A DNA stretch of 64,000 nt from a virus: the IMG/VR virus record IMGVR_UViG_3300002026_000045, positions 40,159 to 104,158 of that record; one strand, given 5' to 3'. The number at the start of each line of letters is the position of its first letter. Position 1 is the stretch's first letter. The notes beneath the pieces were generated by a model. The model ran no database searches, had not been told where the DNA came from, and saw only the letters and a list, made by a program, of their open reading frames with translations. A program made the translations under genes and the position numbers. Below, piece after piece: positions 31,909 through 42,394 of the stretch.

Positions 31909-32841
31909 TTACACTTTTGGCAGCGGCCACGGTTTCCATTGCTGCTTCATTGCGCCGCTGCCTGCTGCGGCGCGTTTAGCAGCACGTTGAGCACGTTTAC
32001 GAATGGCATTTGGTGTCATTGACAATGAGTTACCGTTTTTGTCATAATCTTGAGTCGTCGCCGCAGCTACGACTGGGCCGCGATTTACTTCAGGTGCTAC
32101 GCTACCAACTGCTGTCACTTGCACTGGCTTATCAAAAGCATCCTGCGGCGCAACTGCAAGCTCGCTGATTACTTCGTACTTACATGCTCGGCCCTTGGCG
32201 TCGTTGTAGTCACTTGGAATAGAGACCACGTCACGTGGATTAATCTTAAGGATCATTGTCCTGTCGCCACCAAAACTTGACAAATAACTAATGCTGCAAA
32301 AATGCAAACCCGCAGAGCAAGTACGATCTTTGTCGTCATCAACTGCATTCCGTTCCATTGACAGCACTTTACCAACGCTATTATCCATCGTGCCAGAGTG
32401 GCAATCAAAATAGTTAGCGCGAACTTTTTTGTACGCCAAAAAGTGACCATCAGGAGTGATAGGCAAATTGCTCTTTTCCAAGAAAGGATACAACTCAGTT
32501 ACTGCTCGTTTGCTTGGGTTTTGCATCAAGTTTTCCATAAATGCAACCATTGGGTCAATTGAAAAACCTTCTTTGAGCATTTCAATCATTCTACGAGCAA
32601 GCGAAGTATCAAACACTTCACCTTTCCAGTAAAAGGTATCGCCGTCAATGGTAACATTGCCAGCACCAAATTTCACAACTGCCTTCTTAGGTTCAATCAA
32701 ATCTTTGACCAAATCCCAGTCGTTAGTTTTAATAGCATCCACTAACCGTTGATAAGTTGGGTGGCTCTTGCCAAATGTATGCGGCACGTTATCAATTACT
32801 ACGACAACATTACCACCTTGCACAATATACGGGTATGACAT
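31909..32841 (-). CDS. rIIB: rIIB lysis-inhibition protein
   Basis: NPS...ELY.FL, ITPDGHFLAYK, CSAGLH, INPRDVVSIP, GRACKYEV. Confidence 0.93.
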   Translation of the reverse strand: MSYPYIVQGGNVVVVIDNVPHTFGKSHPTYQRLVDAIKTNDWDLVKDLIEPKKAVVKFGAGNVTIDGDTFYWKGEVFDTSLARRMIEMLKEGFSIDPMVAFMENLMQNPSKRAVTELYPFLEKSNLPITPDGHFLAYKKVRANYFDCHSGTMDNSVGKVLSMERNAVDDDKDRTCSAGLHFCSISYLSSFGGDRTMILKINPRDVVSIPSDYNDAKGRACKYEVISELAVAPQDAFDKPVQVTAVGSVAPEVNRGPVVAAATTQDYDKNGNSLSMTPNAIRKRAQRAAKRAAAGSGAMKQQWKPWPLPKV

Positions 32842-32880
32842 TTTAAATCCTTAAAGTTAAGTTACTACAATAAAATTATT

Positions 32881-35094
32881 TTACGCTTCTTTTGCCACGG
32901 AGTCTACTAAATTGATGTAATCAGCGATTGTCTGTGTATGATATGTCATTGTATTGCTGCTAAGAATGCTTAGTAACGGATAATTTGACAGTACATGTTT
33001 AAATTCTTTAGTTAACTCATTTGTCACGTTGGTAACAGTAGTAAACAAATCTGTCGAATTATTTTTCTTATACCTAGACAAAAGCCAGCGCATAGCTGTT
33101 TCATCAACGTCTGATTTAACTGCACCAGTCAACTTAGCTAAGAACGAGCCGCAAACTCCATCTTGTGCAATAAGAAATGGGAGGACTGAACTATGATTCT
33201 TAATAATCCCGCACATTGCGTCAATTCGTAGTAGCGAGTTAAATGCCATTTTGATAACGCTTTTGTCATCAATAGCAGCCAATCGTTTTTCAATTTCATA
33301 TTCTAAGTTAATCCAATTTGGCAATTTTTTAACTGCTTCCAAATCATTTTTACGGACTCCGTATATAGTATCTGTCAAAATTTTAGAAGAACGCAACTGG
33401 TCAGTCAACGTTGTCATATCACTGATATGAACTTTAGTAACTGGTGTAAATCCAGAAAGTGGCAAGTAGTAATATTTTGCACTACTGTCAAAGTCAGACA
33501 CTGTCCCAGCGTCACGCCATACCATTTTATGACCACCGAGACGGTTATGATATGACTGAGATTCATCTTTGCGTCGAGATTGTAAGATAGTTACGTTTTT
33601 TGCACGTTCAGCACCATCACGCTCACGCTTTTCAAGTTTGTCAGCAGTCAAAATGTGAGACTCCGGAGGAGTCATCAGCAATTTGAAAAAACTTTTCGTG
33701 TCAACAGGTTTCTTTTTATCTGCTGCATCAATGACATACACTGAATTATGATGACTACGTTGAGCAGCAATATCCTTGTTTGTCCGCCAGTGATGTTTGG
33801 CACGTGACAGAGCACCTACTTTTAACGTGTTAACAACAAAGTATGTGTCCATACTTGGACTAATGTCATAAAATGTATCTGCTACTTTGCCCTGTGAATC
33901 ATATGTATTTCGAGGGGAAATAGTTTTGCCAGTGGATGCGTTGTATATTTTAGAAAATGCACTCAACTTTATATTGTATTTTGACGCAAGAACCGCAACA
34001 TCAAGTTTAAATGAGACATATGAGACATATGATGTCGAAAGAGTAGTACGAGTAATTAGAGGAAATTCAGTATCAACTATATATTTCGTGACTGCTGGCC
34101 GCCACAGAGCAGTATTTCTTTTACCGAATAAATAATGGGCACGTTCCCACAGATTATCAATTTTATTTGCTTCGTCAGCAATATGCACAGCAAGTTGAGC
34201 GTTCAGTTGTTCCAACTTAGATTTAATTGCTTGCACAGTTTGCGGAATATAAGATAGCCCCTCCCGTGATGCTTGAAAATCAAGCTCACCAATGCCAAAG
34301 TTCATCTCCAACCCACAATCAAGCAATGCACGAAGTTCTCCCAGCGACTTGTCGCTTTGTGGAATTTCAATTGGGTACGCAATATTGCCCATAATTGCGG
34401 TACTTAGGTGGCCACCAATATGGCTTACGCCAGGAATAATATTCTCTGTTTCGTAAGTACGTGTTCGAATCTCAAAATTGTTAACACCAGTGACAACTGG
34501 ACGCAAAGAAAAATATTGATATACTGCTGATGCTTCTTGCTTAAACTTTCCGAAATCTGAATAATCGTTTACAGAAAACTTAACTTCAACTCCTGACGGC
34601 TCATCAGTCTTCCCATCAGTCATCAACGCGATGCTTGGCACACCGCTTTCATTAATGAACGCTGTATAAATACCGCGAACGCCATCTTTGATAGCTGTTA
34701 CAGTAAAATTGTCAGTGTATGAGAATGGAGATTTTGATCCAAGACCCAACGCACCAATGTATTCATTGCTGTCTGTTTTCGTAGATTCAAAATAGGTTGT
34801 GTAAATGTTAGTTACTTGATCATGTGACAACCCAGTGCCATAATCACGGATTGAGAACCAGGGCTCGAGTTGGGATGGCAGATGAACGTCAAACGGTGTA
34901 CCTTGCTTACCAGCTGCAATATGTGAGTCCACGGCATTGCAACTTAGCTCACGCACAATTGCCTTGACCTTGTTAGCATACAGGCCAGAGCTTAGAATAT
35001 TGAACGCTTTGGCAGAGTTACGAATACGGAATTCGCCAACTGCACCAACATTGGAAAGAATTGCTTCGTTTTGGGGAGTAGAGTTTAAAATCAT
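32881..35094 (-). CDS. rIIA: rIIA protein (GHKL ATPase N-terminus)
   Basis: LSSGLY, RELSCNAVDSH, IRDYGTGL, STK, GALGLGSKSPF, SREGL. Confidence 0.93.
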   Translation of the reverse strand: MILNSTPQNEAILSNVGAVGEFRIRNSAKAFNILSSGLYANKVKAIVRELSCNAVDSHIAAGKQGTPFDVHLPSQLEPWFSIRDYGTGLSHDQVTNIYTTYFESTKTDSNEYIGALGLGSKSPFSYTDNFTVTAIKDGVRGIYTAFINESGVPSIALMTDGKTDEPSGVEVKFSVNDYSDFGKFKQEASAVYQYFSLRPVVTGVNNFEIRTRTYETENIIPGVSHIGGHLSTAIMGNIAYPIEIPQSDKSLGELRALLDCGLEMNFGIGELDFQASREGLSYIPQTVQAIKSKLEQLNAQLAVHIADEANKIDNLWERAHYLFGKRNTALWRPAVTKYIVDTEFPLITRTTLSTSYVSYVSFKLDVAVLASKYNIKLSAFSKIYNASTGKTISPRNTYDSQGKVADTFYDISPSMDTYFVVNTLKVGALSRAKHHWRTNKDIAAQRSHHNSVYVIDAADKKKPVDTKSFFKLLMTPPESHILTADKLEKRERDGAERAKNVTILQSRRKDESQSYHNRLGGHKMVWRDAGTVSDFDSSAKYYYLPLSGFTPVTKVHISDMTTLTDQLRSSKILTDTIYGVRKNDLEAVKKLPNWINLEYEIEKRLAAIDDKSVIKMAFNSLLRIDAMCGIIKNHSSVLPFLIAQDGVCGSFLAKLTGAVKSDVDETAMRWLLSRYKKNNSTDLFTTVTNVTNELTKEFKHVLSNYPLLSILSSNTMTYHTQTIADYINLVDSVAKEA

Positions 35095-35121
35095 CAGTAA
35101 GTCTTTCTACGCTAAAATTGT

Positions 35122-35275
35122 ATTATAACATCATTATCTTAAAGAGTCAACTAGAAGAATGCTCGTATGTGTCGGCAATTTAGTTAAATTCCGCAAGTTA
35201 TTTTAACGATTTCAGCTCGGAAAGTCAATGATTCTGGTGAACCACGTTGACTTCATTGAGGAAATACGTTATAAT
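35122..35275. promoter_or_regulatory. Divergent sigma70 promoters
   Basis: TTGACT-N17-TATAAT on minus (35122-35150) and on plus (35247-35275). Confidence 0.8.
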
Positions 35276-35281
35276 ACATGC

Positions 35282-35623
35282 ATGGAACAAAACAACACTA
35301 CCGTCAAACGCAAAGCACGTACAGATCGCAACCATGCTATCTACGTTATCACTTGCGAAGTTACTGGCGAGCAGTACGTTGGTATTACAGTTGCTTCTGG
35401 CAACATTAAGATGCGTCTCAAAGTCCGTATGCAAAAGCATGCTGAACGTGCACGTAACGAAAGCAAAAACTGGGGCTTGTGCAATGCACTCCGTACACAC
35501 GGCCCAGCTAACTTTACATACGGGTTGTTGGAAGTTGTGCGCGGTAAGCTTGCTGCTCACCAACGTGAAAACGACATTATCCGTGCTTATGTCCCAGCAT
35601 TGAATACCGCTTACTACATTTAA
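35282..35623 (+). CDS. Small GIY-YIG nuclease
   Basis: AIYVI..TGEQYVGIT..R..KH..RE..I...LN. Confidence 0.75.
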   Translation: MEQNNTTVKRKARTDRNHAIYVITCEVTGEQYVGITVASGNIKMRLKVRMQKHAERARNESKNWGLCNALRTHGPANFTYGLLEVVRGKLAAHQRENDIIRAYVPALNTAYYI

Positions 35624-35635
35624 GGGCTATACATT

Positions 35636-35872
35636 ATGATGATGGAACTCAAGGTAGTTAACTGCATTGGCGATATTATGTTTATTGCCCAAGTTAGCGA
35701 CATTTACGTTAACGCATTTATGCCACATGTAACTGCTTTTGTTAAAGACGTGCGCAAAGTTGAAGCGGGCACGGGCAACAGCGGCAAAAACAACGAGTAT
35801 GAAACAACGTATTCAGGCAATGCAATTAAGTATCCAGAATTTGTTAAGTTAATGAACAATATCGAGCTGTAG
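35636..35872 (+). CDS. Hypothetical protein
   Basis: 78 aa ORF. Confidence 0.5.
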   Translation: MMMELKVVNCIGDIMFIAQVSDIYVNAFMPHVTAFVKDVRKVEAGTGNSGKNNEYETTYSGNAIKYPEFVKLMNNIEL

Positions 35873-35939
35873 TACGCACATCGTTAATGTGAGCATGGTA
35901 AATTAAAACAGGCATAAATACTCAAAAGAGAGTATTATT

Positions 35940-36314
35940 ATGGCGTTAGTATTAATTGTTGATGATAATCCCGTAATAAGGAAGTTTATTTACGAGATTT
36001 TAATCAAAGACTTTAACGTAATTGAAGCTTCAAACGGCAAAGATGCCATAAACATTGCTACATTGCGAAAGCCAGACGTTATGGTTCTTGATGTAACCAT
36101 GCCTGGTGGTCCTGACGGGATCAAAGTATTAGAGACTATCAAATCTGACCCGGTGCTCACGCGCATAAAAGTGATAATGGTAACTGGGCAAGACTTTTTT
36201 GAAATATCACACTGCATTAGCAAAGGTGCAGTTGATTTTTTTACAAAACCATTTAAACCACAACATCTAATCAAATCAATTAGGAAAGCATTACAAGAAG
36301 AATGCGTGAGCTAG
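35940..36314 (+). CDS. Stand-alone CheY-like response-regulator receiver
   Basis: VLIVDD, VLDVTMP (phospho-Asp), MVTG, FTKPF. Confidence 0.92.
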   Translation: MALVLIVDDNPVIRKFIYEILIKDFNVIEASNGKDAINIATLRKPDVMVLDVTMPGGPDGIKVLETIKSDPVLTRIKVIMVTGQDFFEISHCISKGAVDFFTKPFKPQHLIKSIRKALQEECVS

Positions 36315-36757
36315 ACTTAAACCCACAATTTGTAATTGTTATAGGCGGAGCAGGTTCTGGTAAAAATTATTTTATAGAACATGACTCGCAGTTATCAACG
36401 TATAAGCTTGTTGATGTGGATGCAATCAAAGGCGAGATAGGTGTGTCTGCTGCAATTACAGCAATTAAACCTATGTTGCTGTCAGCATTTGCAAATAAAG
36501 AAAACGTAGTCCATCCTACAACTGCATCAAATCTAACTGCACAAAAGAATAAAATTAATGCTGCAAAATCAGCTGGATACACTGTAACGCTAATACTGCG
36601 AGATACGCCAGTTGATCAAGCTCTTGCTCAAGTTCGTAAACGAGTCACTGGTGGCGGGCACGATGTTGATATAAGCAAAATTGTGTCGTCTAACACTGCT
36701 GCAAGAAATAATTTTAATTTGTTATCGCCACTTGTAGACGCATCCAAAATCGTTTAA
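36302..36757 (+). CDS. P-loop kinase (zeta-toxin/AAA_33-like)
   Basis: GGAGSGKN, VDVD, RV..GGH.V. Confidence 0.75.
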   Translation: MRELDLNPQFVIVIGGAGSGKNYFIEHDSQLSTYKLVDVDAIKGEIGVSAAITAIKPMLLSAFANKENVVHPTTASNLTAQKNKINAAKSAGYTVTLILRDTPVDQALAQVRKRVTGGGHDVDISKIVSSNTAARNNFNLLSPLVDASKIV

Positions 36758-37018
36758 TGCAATTTATGAGTTACATAAGTTGTTGGGTCGCCAATTTCTA
36801 AAAGTTGAAATATTTTAGCAATCACTGGCGGGACAGACATAATTTCTGCCGGCATAATTAACGCTTTTATGTCCCCTGCTCCGTCAAGGATAAACCCGTA
36901 GTCTGACTCATTTAAATCAAAGTCAAAGTTACTAGTCTCCTCCTCAGGAGAGGGCTCATCGCTAACGAGTTGTGCAATTTTGTCTAATTCTTTTCTGATT
37001 TTAGACGTCAGTTTCTTT

Positions 37019-37678
37019 TTAGATTTTGGCATGTAATTTAGATGATAGGTTTTCGAAATACTTTACTGAATATCCTACTAGATGGTTTAGCACAATGTGA
37101 TTTGCACCAAACGCATCCAAGTAAGTTTTAAATACTTGTGACTCAGCAATGTGCTTGCTGTACAACTTCTTAGGAAAATGCTTTAAGTAAACTTCTGTAG
37201 CAATACTGTAGCCATATGCTTCAATTTCATCAGGGTTTCCTAAGTATTCTTGCAATTCTCGTCTCTCAGCATCATCACTCTTAGAGCCAAACACAATTGG
37301 CGATACATCAAAATTTCTTGATCTGTACTGCGTTTGATGAATAATTTCATGCCCAACGCACTCAATTAGATCAATGCATAATTGATACCAATCAATATCA
37401 GTAATTCTAACTATTTTTTGCTGCGGATTATAATTTACATACACTGTAATTGATGGCAGCCCGTCCTCGTCGTCATCACGATCGTACATACCACTAATTA
37501 TAATTTGATCCAAATCTACGTTAGCATCGCGTGATGTTTTTAACCTAATATCATTAGATCCAACAAAATTTCGTAAAAATTTAGTAAACTCACTAACTGT
37601 GAAAGAACTGGAGTTTGGCGCTTTTGCAAACGCCACCATTTGCGTGAACAAATCTTTGGTAGTTAGTGTAGTTTCCAC
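37019..37678 (-). CDS. HExxH metalloprotease-like protein
   Basis: GHEIIHQTQ, YLGNPDEIEAY. Confidence 0.65.
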   Translation of the reverse strand: METTLTTKDLFTQMVAFAKAPNSSSFTVSEFTKFLRNFVGSNDIRLKTSRDANVDLDQIIISGMYDRDDDEDGLPSITVYVNYNPQQKIVRITDIDWYQLCIDLIECVGHEIIHQTQYRSRNFDVSPIVFGSKSDDAERRELQEYLGNPDEIEAYGYSIATEVYLKHFPKKLYSKHIAESQVFKTYLDAFGANHIVLNHLVGYSVKYFENLSSKLHAKI

Positions 37679-38290
37679 TTATGAATGCTTATAAAAAATA
37701 TGGTTATCGATTTTAGTTACCAACCGCAATGTCTTAGCCCATGGTGGTTTTACATAATCTGCATGATAGTTAGTTGCACCTTCAGTGATGTCAACAATGG
37801 TATCTTGCTTAAACAACAATTCGCTTGCTGCTTTCATACTCTGTGCCCACATAGACCCGCCTTTGTCTATATTTAATCTGTCAGCGCAAGTCCAACTAAA
37901 TTGACATGTCGAAGTTTTTGTGTTTTGACTTCCATCATAAATTACACCGCAAATAGTATTTGGGTATCCATTTGCTCTAGTGCGGTTTATAACCACTTGG
38001 CCAACTGCTAATTTTCCAACGTAGCTTTGATTTCCAGCTTCGTAGTAAATATTTTCAGCCATGCACTGTAAATCGTCCTTAGGGATAACTGCTTTCGGTG
38101 AAGCAGGCAACAGTGCATTTACTGCCATTGCTTTAGCATTAGTGTATGCTGTGGGCAAGTTTAAAAATGATAAGTTTAATTTGTTTTCAAAGTTTTTAAA
38201 TGATTGACTAATATTGCCGGTATATAATGTTACGGCCATCCATAAAAAAACTGCAAATGATAACTTGTTTAGGAAAAAATTTCTTTCCAT
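37679..38290 (-). CDS. SleB-like cell wall hydrolase (Hydrolase_2)
   Basis: CMAENIYYEA, VGQVVINR, CQFSW, GATNYHADYV.P.W, HIFY. Confidence 0.92.
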   Translation of the reverse strand: MERNFFLNKLSFAVFLWMAVTLYTGNISQSFKNFENKLNLSFLNLPTAYTNAKAMAVNALLPASPKAVIPKDDLQCMAENIYYEAGNQSYVGKLAVGQVVINRTRANGYPNTICGVIYDGSQNTKTSTCQFSWTCADRLNIDKGGSMWAQSMKAASELLFKQDTIVDITEGATNYHADYVKPPWAKTLRLVTKIDNHIFYKHS

Positions 38291-38415
38291 AATATGGGTC
38301 TCCTTGTTTGCAATTAACACAGGCTCGATTAACGAGCCTGTTACTTATTTAACATAAATGCGTCAGTGTATATAATAACACACTACCAGGGGTAAATCAA
38401 ATATTTTGAATACCA

Positions 38416-38748
38416 TTAATCCCCTGCAAATACAGTTGGGGAACCTGCCCCTGCTGTATCTTCACAATCTATAGCATCCCCAATTCTATGCACATTTTTA
38501 AAATTTGCAAAAACTGTTTTTGACCCTCCTGATGCTCTACCATCATGGCATGGTGGGGGTGGGGGTGGTTCTTCTTCAGAAAGTGGGTCAGGCGGAGGTG
38601 GTCCACAGCAATGTTCAGGATAATAATCACCAATTCGTGTAATGCTAATTAAATCAGCAAATACATCAGGAGATCCTGTTGATGCAGGGCGCGGCTCAAA
38701 ACAGTGGCCTGCACTATCATCAACACCAACTCTAGTAAGTCCTGGCAT
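38416..38748 (-). CDS. PAAR spike-tip protein (gp5.4-like) with proline-rich insertion
   Basis: TRVG.D..GH, GS..VF, RIGD repeats. Confidence 0.85.
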   Translation of the reverse strand: MPGLTRVGVDDSAGHCFEPRPASTGSPDVFADLISITRIGDYYPEHCCGPPPPDPLSEEEPPPPPPCHDGRASGGSKTVFANFKNVHRIGDAIDCEDTAGAGSPTVFAGD

Positions 38749-39335
38749 TAGTTACTCCTATGTGTTAATTCACGCAGAATTTTATTTTGCGAAGCCCAGT
38801 CGTACACTATGTTTAACTCAAGCCACACAGATTCGCCTCTATCAAAATGAATTTTGATCATTGGTCTTAAAAATTGCTCTTTTGGAGCAACAAACTTCAC
38901 TAGCTCAGCGGTAGATGGAAAATTTTTAGCTAAACTTGATAGGCTAGAGGCAACTGTATGCATTTCTAAATCTTCAGTGATATATGATACGCTCATTCCA
39001 AATAAAGCAGATACATTTCCCTTAACCCAAACTGTATTGCCAGAATGGTAAAAGAATAAATCATCAAGATCCCTAACAAAATCTGGGATTATCATTGCTT
39101 TAATAAAATTAGGCGCAAGACTTGGGTTGCAATACGGGTTAGGAGGATCTACCCAGCCTTCAATGGGGATTGGCCCGTCACTTTGATCTGCTTCTGATAA
39201 AATAGGGTTAAACGGCAGTGGCGGTGGTGGAGGTTTTAGTAGCTCTCCATCATCGCCATACGGCCATGGGTCAGGCTGCATAAACGGGACAATAAAAATA
39301 GACGCAGACTCTGCGTCTGTTAAAATCTCAGCCAT
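38748..39335 (-). CDS. Hypothetical proline-rich protein
   Basis: 195 aa, coupled to the PAAR gene. Confidence 0.55.
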   Translation of the reverse strand: MAEILTDAESASIFIVPFMQPDPWPYGDDGELLKPPPPPLPFNPILSEADQSDGPIPIEGWVDPPNPYCNPSLAPNFIKAMIIPDFVRDLDDLFFYHSGNTVWVKGNVSALFGMSVSYITEDLEMHTVASSLSSLAKNFPSTAELVKFVAPKEQFLRPMIKIHFDRGESVWLELNIVYDWASQNKILRELTHRSN

Positions 39336-39652
39336 TAAACAATAATCCGAGTTTCGTTCCGAACAGTTTTAATCCCAGTTGTTAGCTCACGATAGTGGTC
39401 AGCAATTTGGTCAGCAGTTTTGCAATGAAGCATAACGTGTGACTTCTCTAATTTAAAATCAGATTTTGGATCAACTGAAAACATTGACTGCATAAGCCCA
39501 ATTCCTTTTTGTGATGGCATAACTGACATGGGCTGAGAAATACCGTACGAGTCTGGATGGTCGTATACTATACGGCCAACTAACTCATCACCATTTAAAA
39601 TTTTAAACGACACGATATCGTTTACGTCATATCGTTTTGTTTCAACTAGCAT
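39335..39652 (-). CDS. Conserved T4-like hypothetical protein (Sm-like)
   Basis: KILNGDELVG motif. Confidence 0.55.
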   Translation of the reverse strand: MLVETKRYDVNDIVSFKILNGDELVGRIVYDHPDSYGISQPMSVMPSQKGIGLMQSMFSVDPKSDFKLEKSHVMLHCKTADQIADHYRELTTGIKTVRNETRIIV

Positions 39653-39905
39653 AATGCATATCCTTTTCTAATGCGTCTAGGCGTGCTGGGTCTACATTTA
39701 GCAATCCAATAAACCCACCTACCGCAAATACTTTACTACCCTCGTAAATTTGCGGGACAGTGCGATGGCCTTCTTGTTTAATAAAATCCATTGCATCTTT
39801 GTCCTCGTCAATTTTGATTTCTGTGAACGCGATGTGTCGCTTATTTAAAAACTCTTTTGCTTGAGTGCAATAAGAACAATTGTTTTTAGAGTAAATAGTT
39901 AGCAT
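39642..39905 (-). CDS. Glutaredoxin
   Basis: CSYC, RTVPQI, GGF. Confidence 0.92.
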   Translation of the reverse strand: MLTIYSKNNCSYCTQAKEFLNKRHIAFTEIKIDEDKDAMDFIKQEGHRTVPQIYEGSKVFAVGGFIGLLNVDPARLDALEKDMHYAS

Positions 39906-39922
39906 TTTGTTTCCTTAGTTAA

Positions 39923-41803
39923 TTAAATTTCGCACCCACCTGCTGCGCATGACAACATTTGGGCACCTTCAACATTGTCGGTTGCTTCTATAAATTCGTC
40001 CCACATAATGTCAGGCATTTGAGCAAGCAATGCATTGTATTTTTCTTCAGTTACTTCTTGATATGGTGCTTGGCGATAGCTGTGATCACTGTGCGGTAAG
40101 AAGGACACACCACCAATGTCATCAAAATTCTTATAAACCCAAGAACCCACTTCTAACCACTCTTTTTCTCTTACATATACAGTAATAGAGGGGTTATGCT
40201 CACACCAGTTCTTTTTGTACACCAAATAGTGCTCTAATTGCTCGATTGCTGTCATATCATTGCGAAAAACAGCAGTTTCTGGCGCTTTTTGTGGGAAAGA
40301 GAACACCCAAGTTGACTCAGGCTTCATTACATCGTCTTCACACGGAACACCTGCGTCTTTAAGAAACTTGCCTAATGGATCCTTTTTATCTTGACGCACA
40401 GTACGAATATAATATTGCGAATAACGTGCATGAATGCCAGATGCTGAGTCAACTAACTGCGACACAGTGCCTGATGGCTTAATTGTTGTAATGGCAACGG
40501 ACTGGTTAATGCCTAATTTCTCTGCCCATTCCTTGTTAGTGTCAATTGCAACTTGGCGTAAAATGTTTAACCAATCTGCAAGTTTAACATTGCCCTCGCG
40601 ACCACTCATTACAACGTGGTCCATAATACCAGTAAGCGACACGCCCAACAATCTTTCTTCTTCGCAATTCTTTTTCCAAATGTTACGGATGTATTTAAAA
40701 TCCACCAATGTAGCTTGGAATGTTCCAAGAATCGTAGCATACTTAACTTTTTCTTTAAGACGCTCTAAAGAATCGCCGTTACGAATAACTACTTCGCTAA
40801 GATTGCAAAATTCATTTGGGCGCAATAAAATCTCGCCACATGGATTAGTGCCAAATTCAATACCTTCAATTTCACGACGTCCAGTAATTTTTGCTTGTTT
40901 ATTTGCTGACACACGATTAAAAATTCCACGCTCACCAGACTTGCTTTCGTATAATGCCAACCATTCCTTCATGAACACGCCAATTTCTGGCTTTTCTGTG
41001 TATGCTACACTGTTGTTAGCAAGAGAACGATGAGCAAAATCTTCCCACCATTGGCCAGTTTTTGCTCCACGCATACGTTCATCTGACAAGTTAGACAACG
41101 AAATTAATGCACTACGACGAACACCGCCAACTACTACAATTTCTCCAATCTTGCACATAATGTCATGGCATTCAAGAGAATTTAGCTTACGGCCCGCTGC
41201 TTTTCTAATAACAGAGATCACAAACATAAACAAGTCGTTAAGTGGGATTGGGCCTGAGCTACGACCACCAAATGTTTTGAGTCTTGCACCAGCAGGGCGC
41301 AATTTAGACAAGTCCCAACGTGGAATTTTACCTTGATACAGCAAAGTAACTAATTCGTGTAATGATGTTGCCCACCCTAACTTGCTGTCTTTAACAAAAA
41401 TTGTTGTGTCAGTTTCGTAAAAATCTTCAGCCACAATTGGTAGTTGGTTTACATATTGGCGTTCCACAGAAAACCCTAGCCCAGTGCCATTCATCAAAAT
41501 GTACAATGCTTCGCTAAACGATTTAAGGTTGTCAATTGCAATATATGAACAATTATATCCAGAGATGTTGTCACGCTCTAACGCTGGTCCAGCAGTCATT
41601 AGTGACCGCATAGATGGCATAACTTCCATGTCTAAGATATTTGAGCGAATACCATTCCCCAACACTGATGCATAATCTGGGAATTTATGACTGTAAAAAT
41701 CTATTAGTCGTTGAACTGTTTCATCCCAGTTTTCTCGTCTTGATTTTTCATCAATAAACCTTGCATAACGTGACTTGTGAATGTATTTGCGATAATTGTC
41801 CAT
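39923..41803 (-). CDS. nrdJ: Class II (adenosylcobalamin-dependent) ribonucleotide reductase
   Basis: PSMR.L, YNC, GGVRRSALISLS, TNPCGEI, CNLSE, TIKPSGTVS, EHNPS, APYQE, C-terminal CAAGGC. Confidence 0.88.
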   Translation of the reverse strand: MDNYRKYIHKSRYARFIDEKSRRENWDETVQRLIDFYSHKFPDYASVLGNGIRSNILDMEVMPSMRSLMTAGPALERDNISGYNCSYIAIDNLKSFSEALYILMNGTGLGFSVERQYVNQLPIVAEDFYETDTTIFVKDSKLGWATSLHELVTLLYQGKIPRWDLSKLRPAGARLKTFGGRSSGPIPLNDLFMFVISVIRKAAGRKLNSLECHDIMCKIGEIVVVGGVRRSALISLSNLSDERMRGAKTGQWWEDFAHRSLANNSVAYTEKPEIGVFMKEWLALYESKSGERGIFNRVSANKQAKITGRREIEGIEFGTNPCGEILLRPNEFCNLSEVVIRNGDSLERLKEKVKYATILGTFQATLVDFKYIRNIWKKNCEEERLLGVSLTGIMDHVVMSGREGNVKLADWLNILRQVAIDTNKEWAEKLGINQSVAITTIKPSGTVSQLVDSASGIHARYSQYYIRTVRQDKKDPLGKFLKDAGVPCEDDVMKPESTWVFSFPQKAPETAVFRNDMTAIEQLEHYLVYKKNWCEHNPSITVYVREKEWLEVGSWVYKNFDDIGGVSFLPHSDHSYRQAPYQEVTEEKYNALLAQMPDIMWDEFIEATDNVEGAQMLSCAAGGCEI

Positions 41804-41894
41804 TTTATATTTCCTTCTTGTAATGTTTAAATCGTGAGCGTAACTTATTTACCAGTGGTGGGTGTCCCCAAAAGTATTTGTGACCGTTTTGTGT

Positions 41895-42344
41895 TTAGTA
41901 TTTTCCTAATTGCAGATCGGAATCTGAATATGATTGAATGACTTCTACCTCTGTATCAATCTGTGTTTTACTTATTACCTCGTCAAAGGTGTAATTAAGT
42001 ATATATTTCTCATCGTCGATCGAGACTAAATTGTAATTTTCAAGTCCAGAACTTGCTTTTACTTTTAGAAGTTTAAATTTATGGCTTGCGCCATGTTTTG
42101 ATAAATGAAGGGTATAGAGCATACCTAATGCTTTGGCTACATCATCATAGTTATTGTCAGACAATAATTCCCATGGTGTCGGCCAATCTTTTGGTTCGCT
42201 ATGATCCAAATAATGATTTATAAACGGAGCATAACTCCACAAGTGTACAGTTTTTGCAACTGCTTCGTCAAATGGAAGATCCCCAATCATTTTGCGAAAG
42301 GCCTTCCACTCTTTAAGACGATCGTCAGATCGTAAAGTCCACAT
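41895..42344 (-). CDS. Conserved hypothetical phage protein
   Basis: 149 aa with WPTPWEL. Confidence 0.6.
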   Translation of the reverse strand: MWTLRSDDRLKEWKAFRKMIGDLPFDEAVAKTVHLWSYAPFINHYLDHSEPKDWPTPWELLSDNNYDDVAKALGMLYTLHLSKHGASHKFKLLKVKASSGLENYNLVSIDDEKYILNYTFDEVISKTQIDTEVEVIQSYSDSDLQLGKY

Positions 42345-42394
42345 TTAAGATATGATTAAAATTGGTTAAAATTACCAAAACTTTGTGATATTAT

